Positions 37,201 to 52,129 of a DNA stretch of 64,000 nt are shown one piece after another. The notes below the pieces were generated by a model. That model searched no databases and was not told the DNA's origin. It saw only the letters and a program-made list of their open reading frames with translations. The position numbers and the translations under genes were made by a program. This DNA is from the human T2T-CHM13v2.0 reference genome, Homo sapiens. Each line of letters begins with the position of its first letter. Within the stretch, counting starts at the first letter, position 1. The stretch is taken from NCBI RefSeq assembly GCF_009914755.1, contig NC_060948.1; one strand, 5' to 3'.

Positions 37201-39963
37201 CAATAACAGTAAACAGTCCCAAAAAGAAAGTATGAAAACATTTATATAGCCATCAAAAAATAAAATACTTAGGTATTAATTTAACCAAGGTGGTGAAAGA
37301 TTTATATTGCTCTGCCATATAAGATGTGCTTGCTTCCGGTTCCCTGTCCACCATGATTAAGTTTCCTAAGGCCTATCAGTCTTGCTTCCTTACAGCCATG
37401 TGGAACCGAGTCACTTAAACTTTTCTGTATAAATTACCCAGTTTCAGTACTTAACAGCAGTGTGAAGACAGACTAATATGACCAAAAGATTTGAATAAAT
37501 GTTTTTTCAAGAAACATACAAATGGCTAAGAGGTACATATAAAAATGTTCAATATTACTAATCATAAAGGCAATGCACAACAAAACTGTATTGAAATACC
37601 ATTTTAGATGTATTATAATGACCATTATAAAAATAGTAATTGCTGGTGAGGCTGTGAAAAAATTGAAACCCTTGTGTACTAAGGGTGGGATTGTAAAATG
37701 GTACAGCCACTGTTGAAAACATATAGTGCTTCCTCAAAAAGTTAAAAGTAGAAGTACAGCCGGGTGTGGTGGCTCATGCTTGTAATCTCAGCACTTTGGG
37801 AGGTGGAGGCGGACAATCACCTGAGGTCGAGTTCGAGACCAGCCGGAAACCCCATCTCTACTAAAAATGCAAAAATTAGCTGGGCGTGGTGGCATACACC
37901 TATAATCTCAGCTATTCAGGAGGCTGGGGCAGGAGAATCACTTGAACTTGGGAAACAGAGGTTGCAGTGAGCCAAGATTGCACCACTGCTCTCTGGCTTT
38001 GATGACACAGCAAGACTCTGTCTCAAAAATAAATCAATAAAAGTAGAATTACCATATGCTCCAGCAATTTCTCTTATTTCCCTGGTGGGTATAAACCCAA
38101 AGGAATTGAAAGCAGGGTCTCAAAAGAGGTAGTGTACACTCGGTAGTTAGTGACATTCACAGTTGATAAATGTAAAAATATTTTTAGTTTGTATCATCTG
38201 ATAAATTGATAAATCTATATACATATTATGAAATGTTATTCACCATTGAAGGAAATTCTGTAATATGCTACAACATAGATGAGCCTTGAGGACTTTATGC
38301 TAAGTGAAATGATCCAAGTACAAAAACACAAATTCTGTATGATCCCACTTACATGAGGTTGTATTTATAGGTACCAAATGAATGCTGATTTTCAGAGGTT
38401 GTCAATAAGAAGTTTTTAGGGGTTGTTTAATGGGTATAATTTCAGTTTTGCAAGATGAAGAGAGGTCTGAGATGGAATGGTGTAATGGTAGTACAGCAGC
38501 CATCATGAATGTTCTTAATTCCACTAAACTTTACACTTAAATGATTTAAAAAGTAAATGTTGTGTTGTATTTATTTTACCACAGTAATATTAATTAAAAA
38601 CAAAAGAATAAAGCCACATTCCAGTTCATCAGTATTCTTAAAGGGTGGCCTTAAAGTTGAATGAATACTCCAGATGTGGTACCAGATTTCTCTTTATGTA
38701 TTAGTGAAGCCTAACACATTAGCATTTTACCCCTTTATTAGTTACATTGTCCTGTTGACTTGTACTGACAAACTAAAATCTCCTGGTTTTATAAAGAATC
38801 CTACTTGTTCTGTGCTCCTCTCTCTTTAATTTGCTGTCATACTTCTAAATTATCGATTACATTTTTCCTGATTAAATTTAATGTCTTTTTTAAAAAGGAT
38901 AAAAAGTAAATTATGTAAACTCTACCACAATAATAAAAAGGATGGAAACACTAAATCTATATGCTTTCCTGTATGTAATATTCTAGAAAAGGCTACTTCA
39001 GATTTATGAAGAACAGATCAGTGGTTGCCAGGAATTAATAGCAGGAGATTCATTTGGCTTACAAAGTGCTACTATTAGGAAATTTAGGAAGGTACTTAAG
39101 AGATTGTTTGATACTCCAATTGTGGTGGTTACACAGCTGGCTGCCATTTGTAAAACTCACATCCTATGGCTTCAACAGAGTAGCTTCTATTGTATGTGAA
39201 TTTTATTGTATGTATTAATATTTAAAATTTATTTTTAAATTTATAACAATTTTTTTAATTGTGAAAGTTCACCGCAAAGAAAAACACAGTGTACCACCTT
39301 AGCAAGTTCAAAATATTCCCATACCTTTTGCTAAAAATGACATTTTCTGATGCTTATTATTAGGAAAATATTGTTAGATGTTCTCAATAGCTTCCAGAAT
39401 AACCTCTTTCAGCAGCATTAGTTCTCATTTTGTATACTTATCATTGGTATTTTCTTAGGATTGGTTCACCTTTTATGCCTATTTAGATTACTGAAAATAT
39501 GTTTACTCTAGAACGGGGAAACCTTTCACTTTTCACTTGGAAAAATTGCTTTGATGAACAATGGTAACTAAGTGGTAGGATCTTTTCACTATATCACCAG
39601 AAATAAGCAGAATAAAGTTTTAACGCAGTAGTTATAGCATCCACATAAGCATTAGGTTCTTTCTCATGTAAATGTCATTTTTTACTTGAATTGAAAGTGC
39701 TTGAATATACTGTGCTTTATGAAGCAAACATTATTCTAAACCTACTATCCAGCTTAGTCACACCATTTATAACTTTTTGACACTGTAGTATCATTATTAC
39801 TGTAAGCACTTCGATTGTGTTGCATCTGCAAACAATGTGCGTTTCTCCTTTCTATGTGGCTTAAACTCTCAGCTTATGTTTGTCATTGTTATTTTTGTTG
39901 TTATAAAATATGGATATTCTAGGCATGTATTACATAACTCATTTTGTTTCCTTTCCTTCTTAG

Positions 39964-40137
39964 GCTTTGGGGTGAACCTGTTAATCTCCGTGAACAACAT
40001 GATGCCTTAGAGTTTTTTAATTCTTTGGTGGATAGTTTAGATGAAGCTTTAAAAGCTTTAGGACACCCGGCTATACTAAGTAAAGTCCTAGGAGGCTCCT
40101 TTGCTGATCAGAAGATCTGCCAAGGCTGCCCACATAG
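39964..40137 (+). CDS. USP9Y: USP9Y exon ([18 protein letters not shown]...KICQGCPH)
   Basis: tcttag| and |gtaagt; QHDAxEF box and first CxxC zinc pair. Confidence 0.96.
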
Positions 40138-40489
40138 GTAAGTGCTAATTATGTTTTTAATGTATACTTCGTGTTGTTTTTTTTTTAATAATAGTGTAAA
40201 TCTTTCATTAGTACTTATATAAAAGCAGAGTGTACCAAAAGCCTAGGACTATGAATGAATTAAATTCATATGCATACTACACTATTCTGATTTTTTTCTT
40301 CCCAGGAACATTTGGTTAGTACTTCATTACTTCCTCAATTCATTCTTGTTTGCTTTGTCTTATCCTGTGTCTTAAAATGGCATTTTCCATAAATCTACAC
40401 TTATTCTTTAAATAGACATTTTCTTTTTATGTTCTAACTAGCAATCAGAATATTTAGATGGAACTTCCAAAGATAATTGGCAAGACTGG

Positions 40490-41120
40490 AGTAGTAACCC
40501 ATTATTCATGGTTTCAGTTTCCACCTCATCGTTCACTTTAGAAGGCCGAAGCAGGTGGATCACGAGGTCAGGAGATTGAGACGATCCTGGCCAACATGGT
40601 GAAACCCCATCTCTACAAAAATGCAAAAATTAGCTGAGTGTGGTGGCATGTGCCTGTAATCCCAGCTACTCTTCAAAAAAAAAAATTAAGTGGAAGACTC
40701 CAGAAATAAACAATTTATAAGTTTTAAACTGTGCCCCATTCTAAATAATGTGATCAAATTTGGGGCTCTCCTGCTTTGTCCTTCTCAGGATGTAAATCAT
40801 CCCTTTTTCCAGCATATCCATACTGTCTCTGTGCCTGTTATCTACTTAGTTGCTGTCTCAGTTGTCAGATTGATTGTCAAAGATATCACACAACTTAGTT
40901 CAAATACCTCTTATTTTACTTAGTAATATTCTGGTAATTCAGATGCGCCAAAGAAAAGGCTAAAAGCGGCTGCTAATCTATTCCTGTGCATCATTTATAA
41001 ATTAAACATAATCACACTTAAGTATGTATGTTTAGGAAGAAAACAGAATATACATAGTATACAGAGTTCAATGCTATCTGAGGTTTTAGCCATCTCTTGG
41101 ATTTTGAAACATCTCCGAAG
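40490..41120. mobile_element. MER44/Tigger7-like DNA transposon relic with an Alu fragment inside
   Basis: ccagaaataaacaatttataagttttaaa motif. Confidence 0.55.
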
Positions 41121-41748
41121 GAAGTAACATTTAAATGACTTAAATTACTCTCAATTCTTACTATTCTTGAGAAGTGTTACATATGCTTGCACATCAAACC
41201 ACTTAGCAAGATTTGACAAGACAGGAAACAGTAAAAATATCAGTAGCATAAATAAAATATTTATTCTAACTAAACTTGTTATTAGCATCCAAGACTTCTA
41301 TATTATAAGGCATTGGGGGTTGTTTTGTTTTGTTCTGTTTTTTGAGATAGAGTCTCACTCTGTCACCCAGGTTGGAATGCAAGGACACAATCACAGCTCA
41401 TTGCAGCCTCAACCTTCCAAGCTCAAGTAGTCCTCTCACCTCAGCTTCCTAAGTAGCTAGCACTGCAGTCACATGCCATAACACCCAGCTAAATTTCGTA
41501 TTTCTTGTAGAATTAGGGTTTCACCATGTTTCCCAGGCTGGACTCGAACTCCAGGTTCAAGCTTTCCTCCTGCCTCAGCCTCCCAAAGTGCTGGGATTAC
41601 AGGCATGAGCCACTACACCTTGCCAGAGTATCACTTTTAATTGTAGGATCTTTTAATTATTTTATTCTCTAAGATAGCCTTATACTTCTCTATGGGGTGG
41701 TTCCTGATCAAAAGCAACTTGCATAAGTCATTTATAAATGTAATTTCA

Positions 41749-42051
<303 letters not shown>

Positions 42052-42962
42052 CTATGCTCTAGACTGTGCAAGAGAGTGAGATACTGTTTAGACATTTTGA
42101 AAATATTGGTTAGATGAATGGATTTGATGGTTGACGTGCCTGCCCCATCTCATTTTCTGAGTTTGTAGAAAATTACCATAATCTGTGATGCTGACTCAGT
42201 CCCACATTATTTACTCTCTACTCCACTTATTTATTTATTTATTTATTTAAGACAGGGTCTCACTATGTTTCCCTGGCTGAAGTATAGTGATTATTCAAAA
42301 GTGTGATCATAGCACACAACAGCTTCAAACTCCTGGCCTCAAGTGACCCTCTCCTACATCAGCCTTTTGAGTAGCTGGCACTACAGACAAATGCCACCCC
42401 ACACCTGGCTCTCTGCTTATGTTTACGACTTTATAGACAAGAACACCAGAGGCATTTAAGCATGATAAGTGTTTGAACTTACACATTAGGAAAGTGTTTA
42501 TGACAGAAATTGAGGGACACTTAAAAATAAAGTTCATTAATGGTTTAGTATAGGCTTTTTTTAGAGCTTGATTAATTCTTATTTTTACCTCGTCATGAAT
42601 TACTGTTTAAACAGATAATATGTATCATAGTGTGATAGAACATAAAGAACTTAAGAGGTAAGGCCAAACAAGCTGGTTTTCAAAGCATCATTCCACCTAA
42701 TAAACTGTATCAAATTATTCTTTTTGACTTCCCTACTCAACCCCATTGTCTTAGCTTTAAAGTAGGGATGGATATGTACCTCTAACAGGGCTTTTATCAA
42801 GGTAAAGATGAGCTATAATCTGTGTAAGGAATCTAATACAGTGCCCAGTACAAAATAAGCAACTGATAAAAGATATTACTTATTAATAACATTGTATGAT
42901 TAATATACTTGACATGATGTGTTAAATACTGCATATGTGTTTTTCATCAAGTTCACAGTTAA

Positions 42963-43160
<198 letters not shown>

Positions 43161-43517
43161 TAGTAGAGATGGGATTTCACCATGATGGGCAAGCTGGTCA
43201 TGAACTCCTGACTTGTGGCGATCCGCCTGCTTTGGCCTCCCAAAGTGCTGAGATTACAGGCATGAGCCACGGCACCCAGAAGGATAAGATTTAGAAACCA
43301 GGCTGGGCACGATGGCTCACACATGTAATCCTAGCATTTGGGGAGGATGAGGCAGAAGGATCACTTGACCCCAGGAGTTGAAGGACAGCATAGTCAAGAG
43401 CAAGAACCCATCTCTACAAAAAACAAAACAAAAAACAAAAAAAACTTGCCTGGGCATGTTGGTACCCACTTGTAGGCCTAGCCACTAGGGAGGCTGAGGT
43501 GGGAGGATCACCAAAGG

Positions 43518-44037
43518 CAGCAGTCCCCAACCTTCCAGCACAAGGGACCAGTTTTATGGAAGATCATTTTTTTCACAGACTGAGGATGGGGGGTAGTTTT
43601 GGGGTGATTCAGGTGTCTTACATTTACTGTGCCCTTTATTTCTGTTATTATTACATTATAATATATAATGAAATAATTATACATCTCACCATAATGACCA
43701 TAATGTAGAATCAGTGGGAGCCCTGAGCTTGTTTTCCTGCAGCTATATGGTCCCATCTGGAGGCAGTGGGAGACAGTAACAGATTATCACGCTTTAGATT
43801 CTTACAAGGAGTGCACAACCTACATCACTCACATGTGTAGTTCATAGTAGGGTTCTTGCTCTTTTGAGAATCGAATGCTGTCCCTGATCTGACAAGAGAT
43901 GAAGCTCTGGTGGTAATGCAAGCCATGGGGAGTGGTTTAAATACAGATGAAGCTTCACCAGCTTGCCTACCACTCACTGGCTGCTGTGCAGCCCAGTTCC
44001 CAATAGGACACATATCAGTACTGGCTGGGGATCCCTG
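43518..44037. mobile_element. MER1A-like hAT element nested in an AluJ
   Basis: CAGCAGTCCCCAACC...GGGGATCCCTG ends; the Alu right arm stops at gggaggatcacc and resumes at agcccaggagttcaagg. Confidence 0.75.
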
Positions 44038-44186
44038 GCATAAGCCCAGGAGTTCAAGGCTACAGTGAGCTGATTGTGCCACTGCACGCCAGCCTGAGAA
44101 AAACCCTGTCTCTAAAAGATTAAAAAAAAAAAAACTAAACCTATAGAATACATTCTTTTAATTTGTTTCATTAATAATATCTTTAG

Positions 44187-44328
44187 GTATGAATGTGAAG
44201 AATCTTTTACAACTTTGAATGTGGATATTAGAAATCATCAAAATCTTCTTGACTCTTTGGAACAGTATATCAAAGGAGATTTATTGGAAGGTGCAAATGC
44301 ATATCATTGTGAAAAATGTGATAAAAAG
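44187..44328 (+). CDS. USP9Y: USP9Y exon ([26 protein letters not shown]...YHCEKCDKK)
   Basis: ctttag| and |gtattt; 142 nt; second CxxC pair. Confidence 0.95.
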
Positions 44329-45559
44329 GTATTTTTTTTTACTTTTGAAAAATAATGATTGCATTGAACAGAATAGGAGGACATTGGAGTTGTTTATGCT
44401 CATCTTCAAAATTAACTTCTGCTTTATCTCTGCTGTTACAGTGGTAGCAGAGAGGTGGTCAACATGATAACTGGTTTAAAGCAAAATAACATTGAGAAAA
44501 TACAGTGCGTGGCAGACTAGGAAAAACAGAACATTTTTATTGGGTGAATAATTTTGAAAGTCATAGAATCTTACAAGTTTTTCCATCTCTGCCCTGAAAT
44601 CAATTGCAATTGAATGCTTCAATCTTGAAGAGTTGGTAGTAGAAAACATTATTTTCTTACTCTAGTTTCCTCTTGAAGTAGGGAAGCTTGCTAATTTTAT
44701 TGGGTTACATCAGATTTTCACAACCACGTGTAGTTTCACTAACAGATCTCATTTTTTTGAATTTTTTTTTTATTTCAGACGGAGTCTTGCACTGTCATCC
44801 AGGTTGGAGTGCAATGGTGTGATCTCGGCTCACTGCAACCTCTGCCTCCTGGTTCAAGCAATTCTCCCACCTCAGCCTCCCAACTAGCTGAGATTACAGG
44901 CACCTGCCAGCACGCCAGGCTAATTTTTTGTGTTTTTAGTAGAGGCAGGGTTTCACTATGTTGGCCAGGCTTGTCCTGAACTCCTGACCTCATGATCTGT
45001 CTGCCTTGGCCTCCCAAAGTGCTGGGAATACAGGCGTGAGCCACTGCACCCAGCCCAGATTTCATTTTTTGGGCCTAGCCAGCTAATTTTTATCTCTGGC
45101 ACTTAGTTTGGGAGATGGAATGATAACATGTCTTTTAAGATATTATATATTAAAAAATGTATGTGTTTTCCTTGACCTTCAAAACCCCTCACCTTCAAGC
45201 TGCCTACATGGTTTTGAACTTATGCACCACTTAGATTGTGGTTTGTTTATAAAGCCATACTGCCTGTTACCCACACTTCTGACAGTTGGGACTATTTCTT
45301 CTCACCCTTTCTGCTACTCTTAATCCACATGTTTTAAAATAATTATACATAGGTAGTACCTTTTTATAAGACAGTGAGGATTAAATTCATTAATATGTGT
45401 GCAGCACTTAGTGTATTACCTGGTTTTTAAGTGCTATAAATATTAGCTGCTATTAAAATTGCTTATCATATGTCTTCAGTTTACTCACAGCAAATTCTGT
45501 TCATTAGCATAAAAGAAAACATCAGAGGAGTAACACAGTCAAGTAATAGTGGCCATATG

Positions 45560-45935
45560 GAACTACATAGCCATCAGTGTCTTTATCAGTAATGTTTTCC
45601 AGTTTGCAAGAAATGAAGGACCTTTCATATCCACAGCTTCTGCAAACACCATTTCCTCTAAACATGTATGAAAAATATTTGAAAACAAAAAATAACAGTA
45701 CTACCATAAAAAGTAATATAAATTCAAAAGCCATTACAGTGTAATAACCATCTACATAGCATACTTAATACATTGTATTAAGTAGGTTATGTAGAGATGG
45801 TTTAAACTATACAGGAGGATGTCTGTAGATGATATGTAAATACTGCTCCATTTTAAATCAGAAACTTGAGCAGACACAGATTTTGATATTTATGGGGGTC
45901 CTAGAGCCAGTCCCCTACAGATACCAAAGGATGAG
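45560..45935. mobile_element. Tigger3/MER2-like relic
   Basis: tatacaggaggatgt...gggggtcctagagccagtcccctacagatacc motif. Confidence 0.6.
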
Positions 45936-46139
45936 TATATTTATATATTTTTAGCTTTGGTAAGTAAGGATTCTTTAAGTCAGTTATGACATAATTACCC
46001 TGATGGTATTTATTTTTATTTACTCATCTGCTTATAAATAAATTTAAATAGACTGTAAACTTTAAAATTAACATGAAATTGTTTTAGTTTCTGTTCTAGT
46101 TACAAGAGAACATTTGTTTATATTCTCTGTTTATTATAG

Positions 46140-46890
46140 GTTGACACAGTAAAGCGCCTGCTAATTAAAAAATTGCCTCGGGTTCTTGCTATCCAACTCA
46201 AACGATTTGACTATGACTGGGAAAGAGAATGTGCAATTAAATTCAATGATTATTTTGAATTTCCTCGAGAGCTGGATATGGGACCTTACACAGTAGCAGG
46301 TGTTGCAAACCTGGAAAGGGATAATGTAAACTCAGAAAATGAGTTGATTGAACAGAAAGAGCAGTCTGACAATGAAACTGCAGGAGGCACAAAGTACAGA
46401 CTTGTAGGAGTGCTTGTACACAGTGGTCAAGCAAGCGGTGGGCATTATTATTCTTACATCATTCAAAGGAATGGTAAAGATGATCAGACAGATCACTGGT
46501 ATAAATTTGATGATGGAGATGTAACAGAATGCAAAATGGATGATGATGAAGAAATGAAAAATCAGTGTTTTGGTGGAGAGTACATGGGAGAAGTATTTGA
46601 TCACATGATGAAGCGCATGTCATATAGGCGACAGAAGAGGTGGTGGAATGCTTACATACTTTTTTATGAACAAATGGATATGATAGATGAAGATGATGAG
46701 ATGATAAGATACATATCAGAGCTAACTATTGCAAGACCCCATCAGATCATTATGTCACCAGCCATTGAGAGAAGTGTACGGAAACAAAATGTGAAATTTA
46801 TGCATAACCGATTGCAATATAGTTTAGAGTATTTTCAGTTTGTGAAAAAACTGCTTACATGTAATGGTGTTTATTTAAACCCTGCTCCAG
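46140..46890 (+). CDS. USP9Y: USP9Y large exon with LKRF motif and His box ([13 protein letters not shown]; His codon 46443-46445; WYKFDD)
   Basis: ttatag| and |gtaagc; 751 nt; matches the 242-aa ORF. Confidence 0.97.
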
Positions 46891-47285
46891 GTAAGCTTTG
46901 AAAGTAGCTTCTTCTAATAAAGAATAGTTTTTATTTGGCTTCTAGGATACCTTACAGGGCATCAAATGTGTTTCACCTTTTTCTTCAGTTTTCTTTTATT
47001 TTTTCATAGAATCTTTAACCTCATTTTATATGAATGTGTTGGCTTTTTTGGTATAGTTATTTTAAAATGAAAAAATTATGATATCTGTACCTTTGAACAG
47101 TGATTCTTAATATATGGAAATATAGAAAAGCATTTGTTGTAGTAATTACTATTTTTTACTCAAGAATTAGTTTGAAATATGGGTTAGGGAAGGGGTAAGA
47201 TAATCACTAAGAATAACTAAGATTTTTTAACATAGAGTTTGAAGATAAAAATGTTTTTAACCATATATATACTTTTTATTTAAAG

Positions 47286-47409
47286 GGCAGGATTATTTGT
47301 TGCCTGAAGCAGAAGAAATTACTATGATTAGTATTCAGCTTGCTGCTAGATTCCTCTTTACCACTGGATTTCACACCAAGAAAATAGTTCGTGGTCCTGC
47401 CAGTGACTG
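47286..47409 (+). CDS. USP9Y: USP9Y exon ([22 protein letters not shown]...PASD)
   Basis: ttaaag| and |gtacat; 124 nt; phases fit neighbours. Confidence 0.93.
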
Positions 47410-48513
47410 GTACATGGTTTTGGATTTCATTCTTATAGTACTTATAGTTGTTTGGTTCTTTATTTTTTCCTGTTTTATTTTTTCCTAACCATGAAAATAT
47501 CATTTCAAATTTAAAATATAGAATAAAAATCTTGGCAGTAGTCATGAGATAAATTAAATGTGCCTTTATTTAAAAACTGGCTCCTAGTCCTGTGAATTTG
47601 TATCATATCTGAGTCTATTTCATCATTTAATTATTTTATTTTTACTAGATGAAATTCTCACTTATAGTTAAAAAGGTAGATGATTTTTAGGTCAGGTGTG
47701 GTGGCTTATACCTGTAATCCCAACACTTCAAGAGGCCAAGGTGGCAGGACTTGAGGCCAGGAATTTAAGACCAGCTTGGGCAACATAGTGAAACCTCGTC
47801 TCAACAAAAAGTTAAATTACCTCAGTGTGGTGACTCACACCTGTAGTCCTAGCACTTTAGGATCCACCTAATCCACCAGGCTGGGATGGGTAGATCACTT
47901 TAGGCCTGGAGTTTGAGGCTAGCCTAGGCAACATAGCAAGATATCTTGTATACAAAAAAAAAAAAAATTAAAATAATTAGCTAGTAGCTTGTTCACGTAG
48001 AGCCAGCTACTTGGGAGGCTGAGGCAGTAGTATCATTTGAGCCCAGGAGTTTGAAGCTGAAGTTAGCTGTAATTGCACCACTACATTTATTTCAGCTTGG
48101 TCAGTAGAGACTCTGCCTCTTTAAAAATTAAAAAAAGACAATTTTAAAATAGCTGTATAGTTTTAAGTTACTATTAATTATAAAAGTACGGAATACATTA
48201 TAATGCCTTGATTTAACAACTCTTAGCATTGCTCACGTTGAAAGATATTAAAGAAATGTTACTTCACTGGGGAGAGTTTGATCATGGATTTGCAGAGAGC
48301 TACATATATTTCGTATTTCATTCCTTTTTTTGACTCTGTGGGACTAAAGTCACACAGCTTTATCAATCTGATATTTGTACTAAAACCAACTGACCGTTAA
48401 TTGGAGAGAACATCTCAGATCGTTGTTTGGTTCATAAAAATCTGTTTCTTCCATGTACCAAGCAAAATAAACACATCACTAAAATTTGACGTTCATAGAT
48501 GTTTCTGTTTTAG

Positions 48514-48739
48514 GTATGATGCACTGTGCGTTCTTCTCCGTCACAGCAAAAATGTACGTTTTTGGTTTACTCATAATGTCCTTTTTAATGTATCAAATCG
48601 CTTCTCTGAATACCTTCTGGAGTGCCCTAGTGCAGAAGTGAGGGGTGCATTTGCAAAACTTATAGTGTTTATTGCACACTTTTCCTTGCAAGATGGGTCT
48701 TGTCCTTCTCCTTTTGCATCTCCAGGACCTTCTAGTCAG
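48514..48739 (+). CDS. USP9Y: USP9Y exon ([12 protein letters not shown]...SPGPSSQ)
   Basis: ttttag| and |gtaatt; 226 nt. Confidence 0.95.
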
Positions 48740-49337
48740 GTAATTGCATGGCTTTTTTTTTTTTTTAAGCAATTAAATACTTAGAAGTAAATTCTGTTTC
48801 TGCAAATTCATATTAGCAAATTTATGTTCCTCTCTTTGATGTATTCACCATAAACAAATTCATACGTATGTTATGACACTTGTGAGTTCGTAAAATTATT
48901 TCATGGTAATAGTGATTGCTGGGCATTCTGAAAAAGAAGGGAAATTCCTTTTGTGTATTCAATTATTTAGTTATTTAGTAAATCCTTAAGTTTGACATTT
49001 TTAAGATTTATTTTTATAATGGCTAAAGGCTTTTCAGTGAAACACTGTAACATGAAATTGACATTAGTGATAATGTAAATAAATAATCCACTTAAATTCT
49101 TCTGTTGAAGTTGCCAGGGCTTTTTGTTTGTTTGTTTGTTTGTTTTACAGTTACAGTAACATACAAGATCTACAATGAAGTCTAGCCGAGCTCTTCATTC
49201 TCTCTCTCAAAGAGCAACTATATTTAATAATTTTCTTTCTGAAAGATTTGCTCCGTATAGGAACATAACCTTTTGTATGCAAATAAAAGCTGTTTCTGCA
49301 TCTTGATGCTGATAAAATAATATTTCATTTTTCACAG

Positions 49338-49467
49338 GCATGTGATAACTTGAGCTTGAGTGACCACTTACTAAGAGCCACACTAAATCTCTTGAGAAGG
49401 GAAGTTTCAGAGCATGGACATCATTTACAGCAATATTTTAATTTGTTTGTAATGTATGCCAATTTAG
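49338..49467 (+). CDS. USP9Y: USP9Y exon ([16 protein letters not shown]...MYANL)
   Basis: tcacag| and |gtaaga; 130 nt. Confidence 0.94.
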
Positions 49468-50477
49468 GTAAGAATTTTTCACAACTATATTAATGATTGT
49501 TTCAATTTCAAATATTAAATGGGAAGCACATTTTAATCAAGTGATTACATGTAATTTGTTCTGAAGTAGAAGCAATATACCATATTCATATTCTTAAAAT
49601 GCATTGCAAATTTTCTGTGTAACTTTAATGGCATTTCTCATATTATATGGTAATTTATGCACTTGTTTTATTTCTCTGGTAATCTTTAAGATCACATACT
49701 TTGTCTGATTGATGTTATCTCTTAACATTGCTTTTTGAAAAATACTGGCTTCCTGGTCATACCCCACACTATCTGAATCAGAATTCCTAGGGCTTGGATA
49801 AGGAATCCATATTTCTAAAGGACCCCAAGTGCTTGTGTTGCTTATCAGGTTTAAGAATTATTTCTTTAAAGAATTTGACATGTACATATGTTTTATTAAA
49901 ATAAACTAAATTGAAATTAATAATAATGCAAATTTATAATCCACTTTAATTCTTCTGTTGATATTAATATTAACATCAATTAAGAAATGTGATTTTCAGT
50001 ATATCTTTCTTAAGGTAGCCTGCTTTTTCTCACATCAACCTATTTATTTCTTCTTTTGAGTGCCTCTAGAATGCTTACCCAAAAAATTCTGTTTGGCTTA
50101 TTCCATTGTGTTTTGATGGTTTTTAAAATATTTGCCTTACTCCCCAGCTAGGTAGCAGAATTCTTGCAATGAGTGGGGATTGCATAGAACAACTCAGTCA
50201 TTGTTGAATGCATGGATAGATTGCCAGGAATCCACATCAAAAATCATTATAGTGTTTTCAATGTTGTTTTATGTTGTTTTTATTGTGTGGAAAGAAGAGT
50301 AAATTTATTACAGATGTAGTTATCCAATTTGAATATCAGCAATTCAGGTGTTAGTACAACAATATTTCAAAATTAATAATTTATTGATATAATTAAAATT
50401 TATTGACTAGTTAAAATTTTAGTGTTAGTAATAAGTATTTGATCACATTTTTTGAAGATTTGACTCAATTAGCACAT

Positions 50478-50612
50478 ACACTTTTATATCTATGATATTT
50501 GTGATTTTTAAAAGTTAAATTTTATAACTGTGTATCTATATTACACTTTTATATCTGTGGTATTTGTGATTTTTAAAAGTTATTCAGCTAACTTTTAAAA
50601 ATCACAAATATC
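50478..50612. repeat. 40-bp direct repeat plus perfect 22-bp inverted repeat
   Basis: Arms 50561-50582 and 50589-50610, 6-nt loop. Confidence 0.9.
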
Positions 50613-51907
50613 TTACTACCTAAAGTTAAGTTCTGTAGTCATGCATTCTTCTAATGAAAGTGTTATATGTGTTATTAATCTTTAACTTGAGCAGGAAGAA
50701 CATTTTATCAGTTATTCTTCCTTCTCTGATCATCTCTGTGTTTTCTCTTTCTCTGCCTTGCCTGACTACATATGAGATTCCTGGATACTTGTAATAGAGT
50801 AAGAAGCAGATATTACACAAACATAAATGAAGTCACTTTTATATTTTAAATATAAAAGTATTAAGTTTATGCATTCACAAAAATCCTATTTTATACTATT
50901 TTATTTTAGATATTGGCTGCTCATATACAACACATTGATGGTTTATAATACAACTTAATGATAATTTTCCCTGCCAAGAATTAGTGTAGATTTATGACTC
51001 TTAAGTCATTAGGGCAGTATGTTTTAGGTTTTAGAAGTTTTTGGATTTCAGAAAAATGAGACAATGCGTTTGCCACACGTCGTGTGAGATTCCCAGTAAG
51101 GCCTCAGGCAGTACCCTACAATCAAACATGCTAATATTTCTGTGATGAATAATTAATATTTCCTTTAAGGGTGGAAGAAGCAGCTTGCCAGGAGAAAGGG
51201 GTTGGTTAGGATTTTTTAAACAGAGTGGTTGGTGCATGCAGGCTTAGTATTGACATAACTTTGCTTCTTAGACACAGTGTGAGGTATTCAGTGTGACTTT
51301 ATACAGTGAAGAATACAGAATAGCAGGACTGATTTCCAGGATTCTCTAATTATGCTACTCTGATTTTGTAAAGTGTTCTGGACATTATCAGGAGGGCATG
51401 AATGGACCACTAGAGGATCACAAGAAGCTTAACTTAAAAACATCACACTGTCTATAACGTAGAATGGCTTACGATAGACCAAGATAAGAAAGTATTAAAA
51501 ATTATCAATAGAAAAAAATTGCGGCTGCTTTATATTAGGGAAACTGGCAGTATGGAAGACAGGTATGAACAGATGCAGGAGCTCTTTATGAGTTAGAATC
51601 AGCAGGAGTTGGTAATTTGATATTTGAGAAAGCGGAGCAGGAAAGAGATGTTAAGCCTACATCCAGCATGTGACTTGATGAACTGAGAAAATAGTAGTGC
51701 CATTTTCTGATAGAGGAAAAAGGAGTTGTGTGAGCAGATTGCATTTTAAAAACATATGGGATACCTATATAAAGAAATCCAGTAGTGGGATACATATGTC
51801 CAGAATTTGGAATCATCTAAAATCATTTGGATACATCTATTACTATAGATGTAGTTACAAAAAACAAGCCACGTAAGGGAATGTCCTAGAATGGAAACTT
51901 TTTCTAG

Positions 51908-52129
<222 letters not shown>

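Noticed and set aside
47690-48135. Three-monomer Alu as a new SINE
   Set aside because: Best explained as a left monomer next to, or targeted by, an old AluJ.
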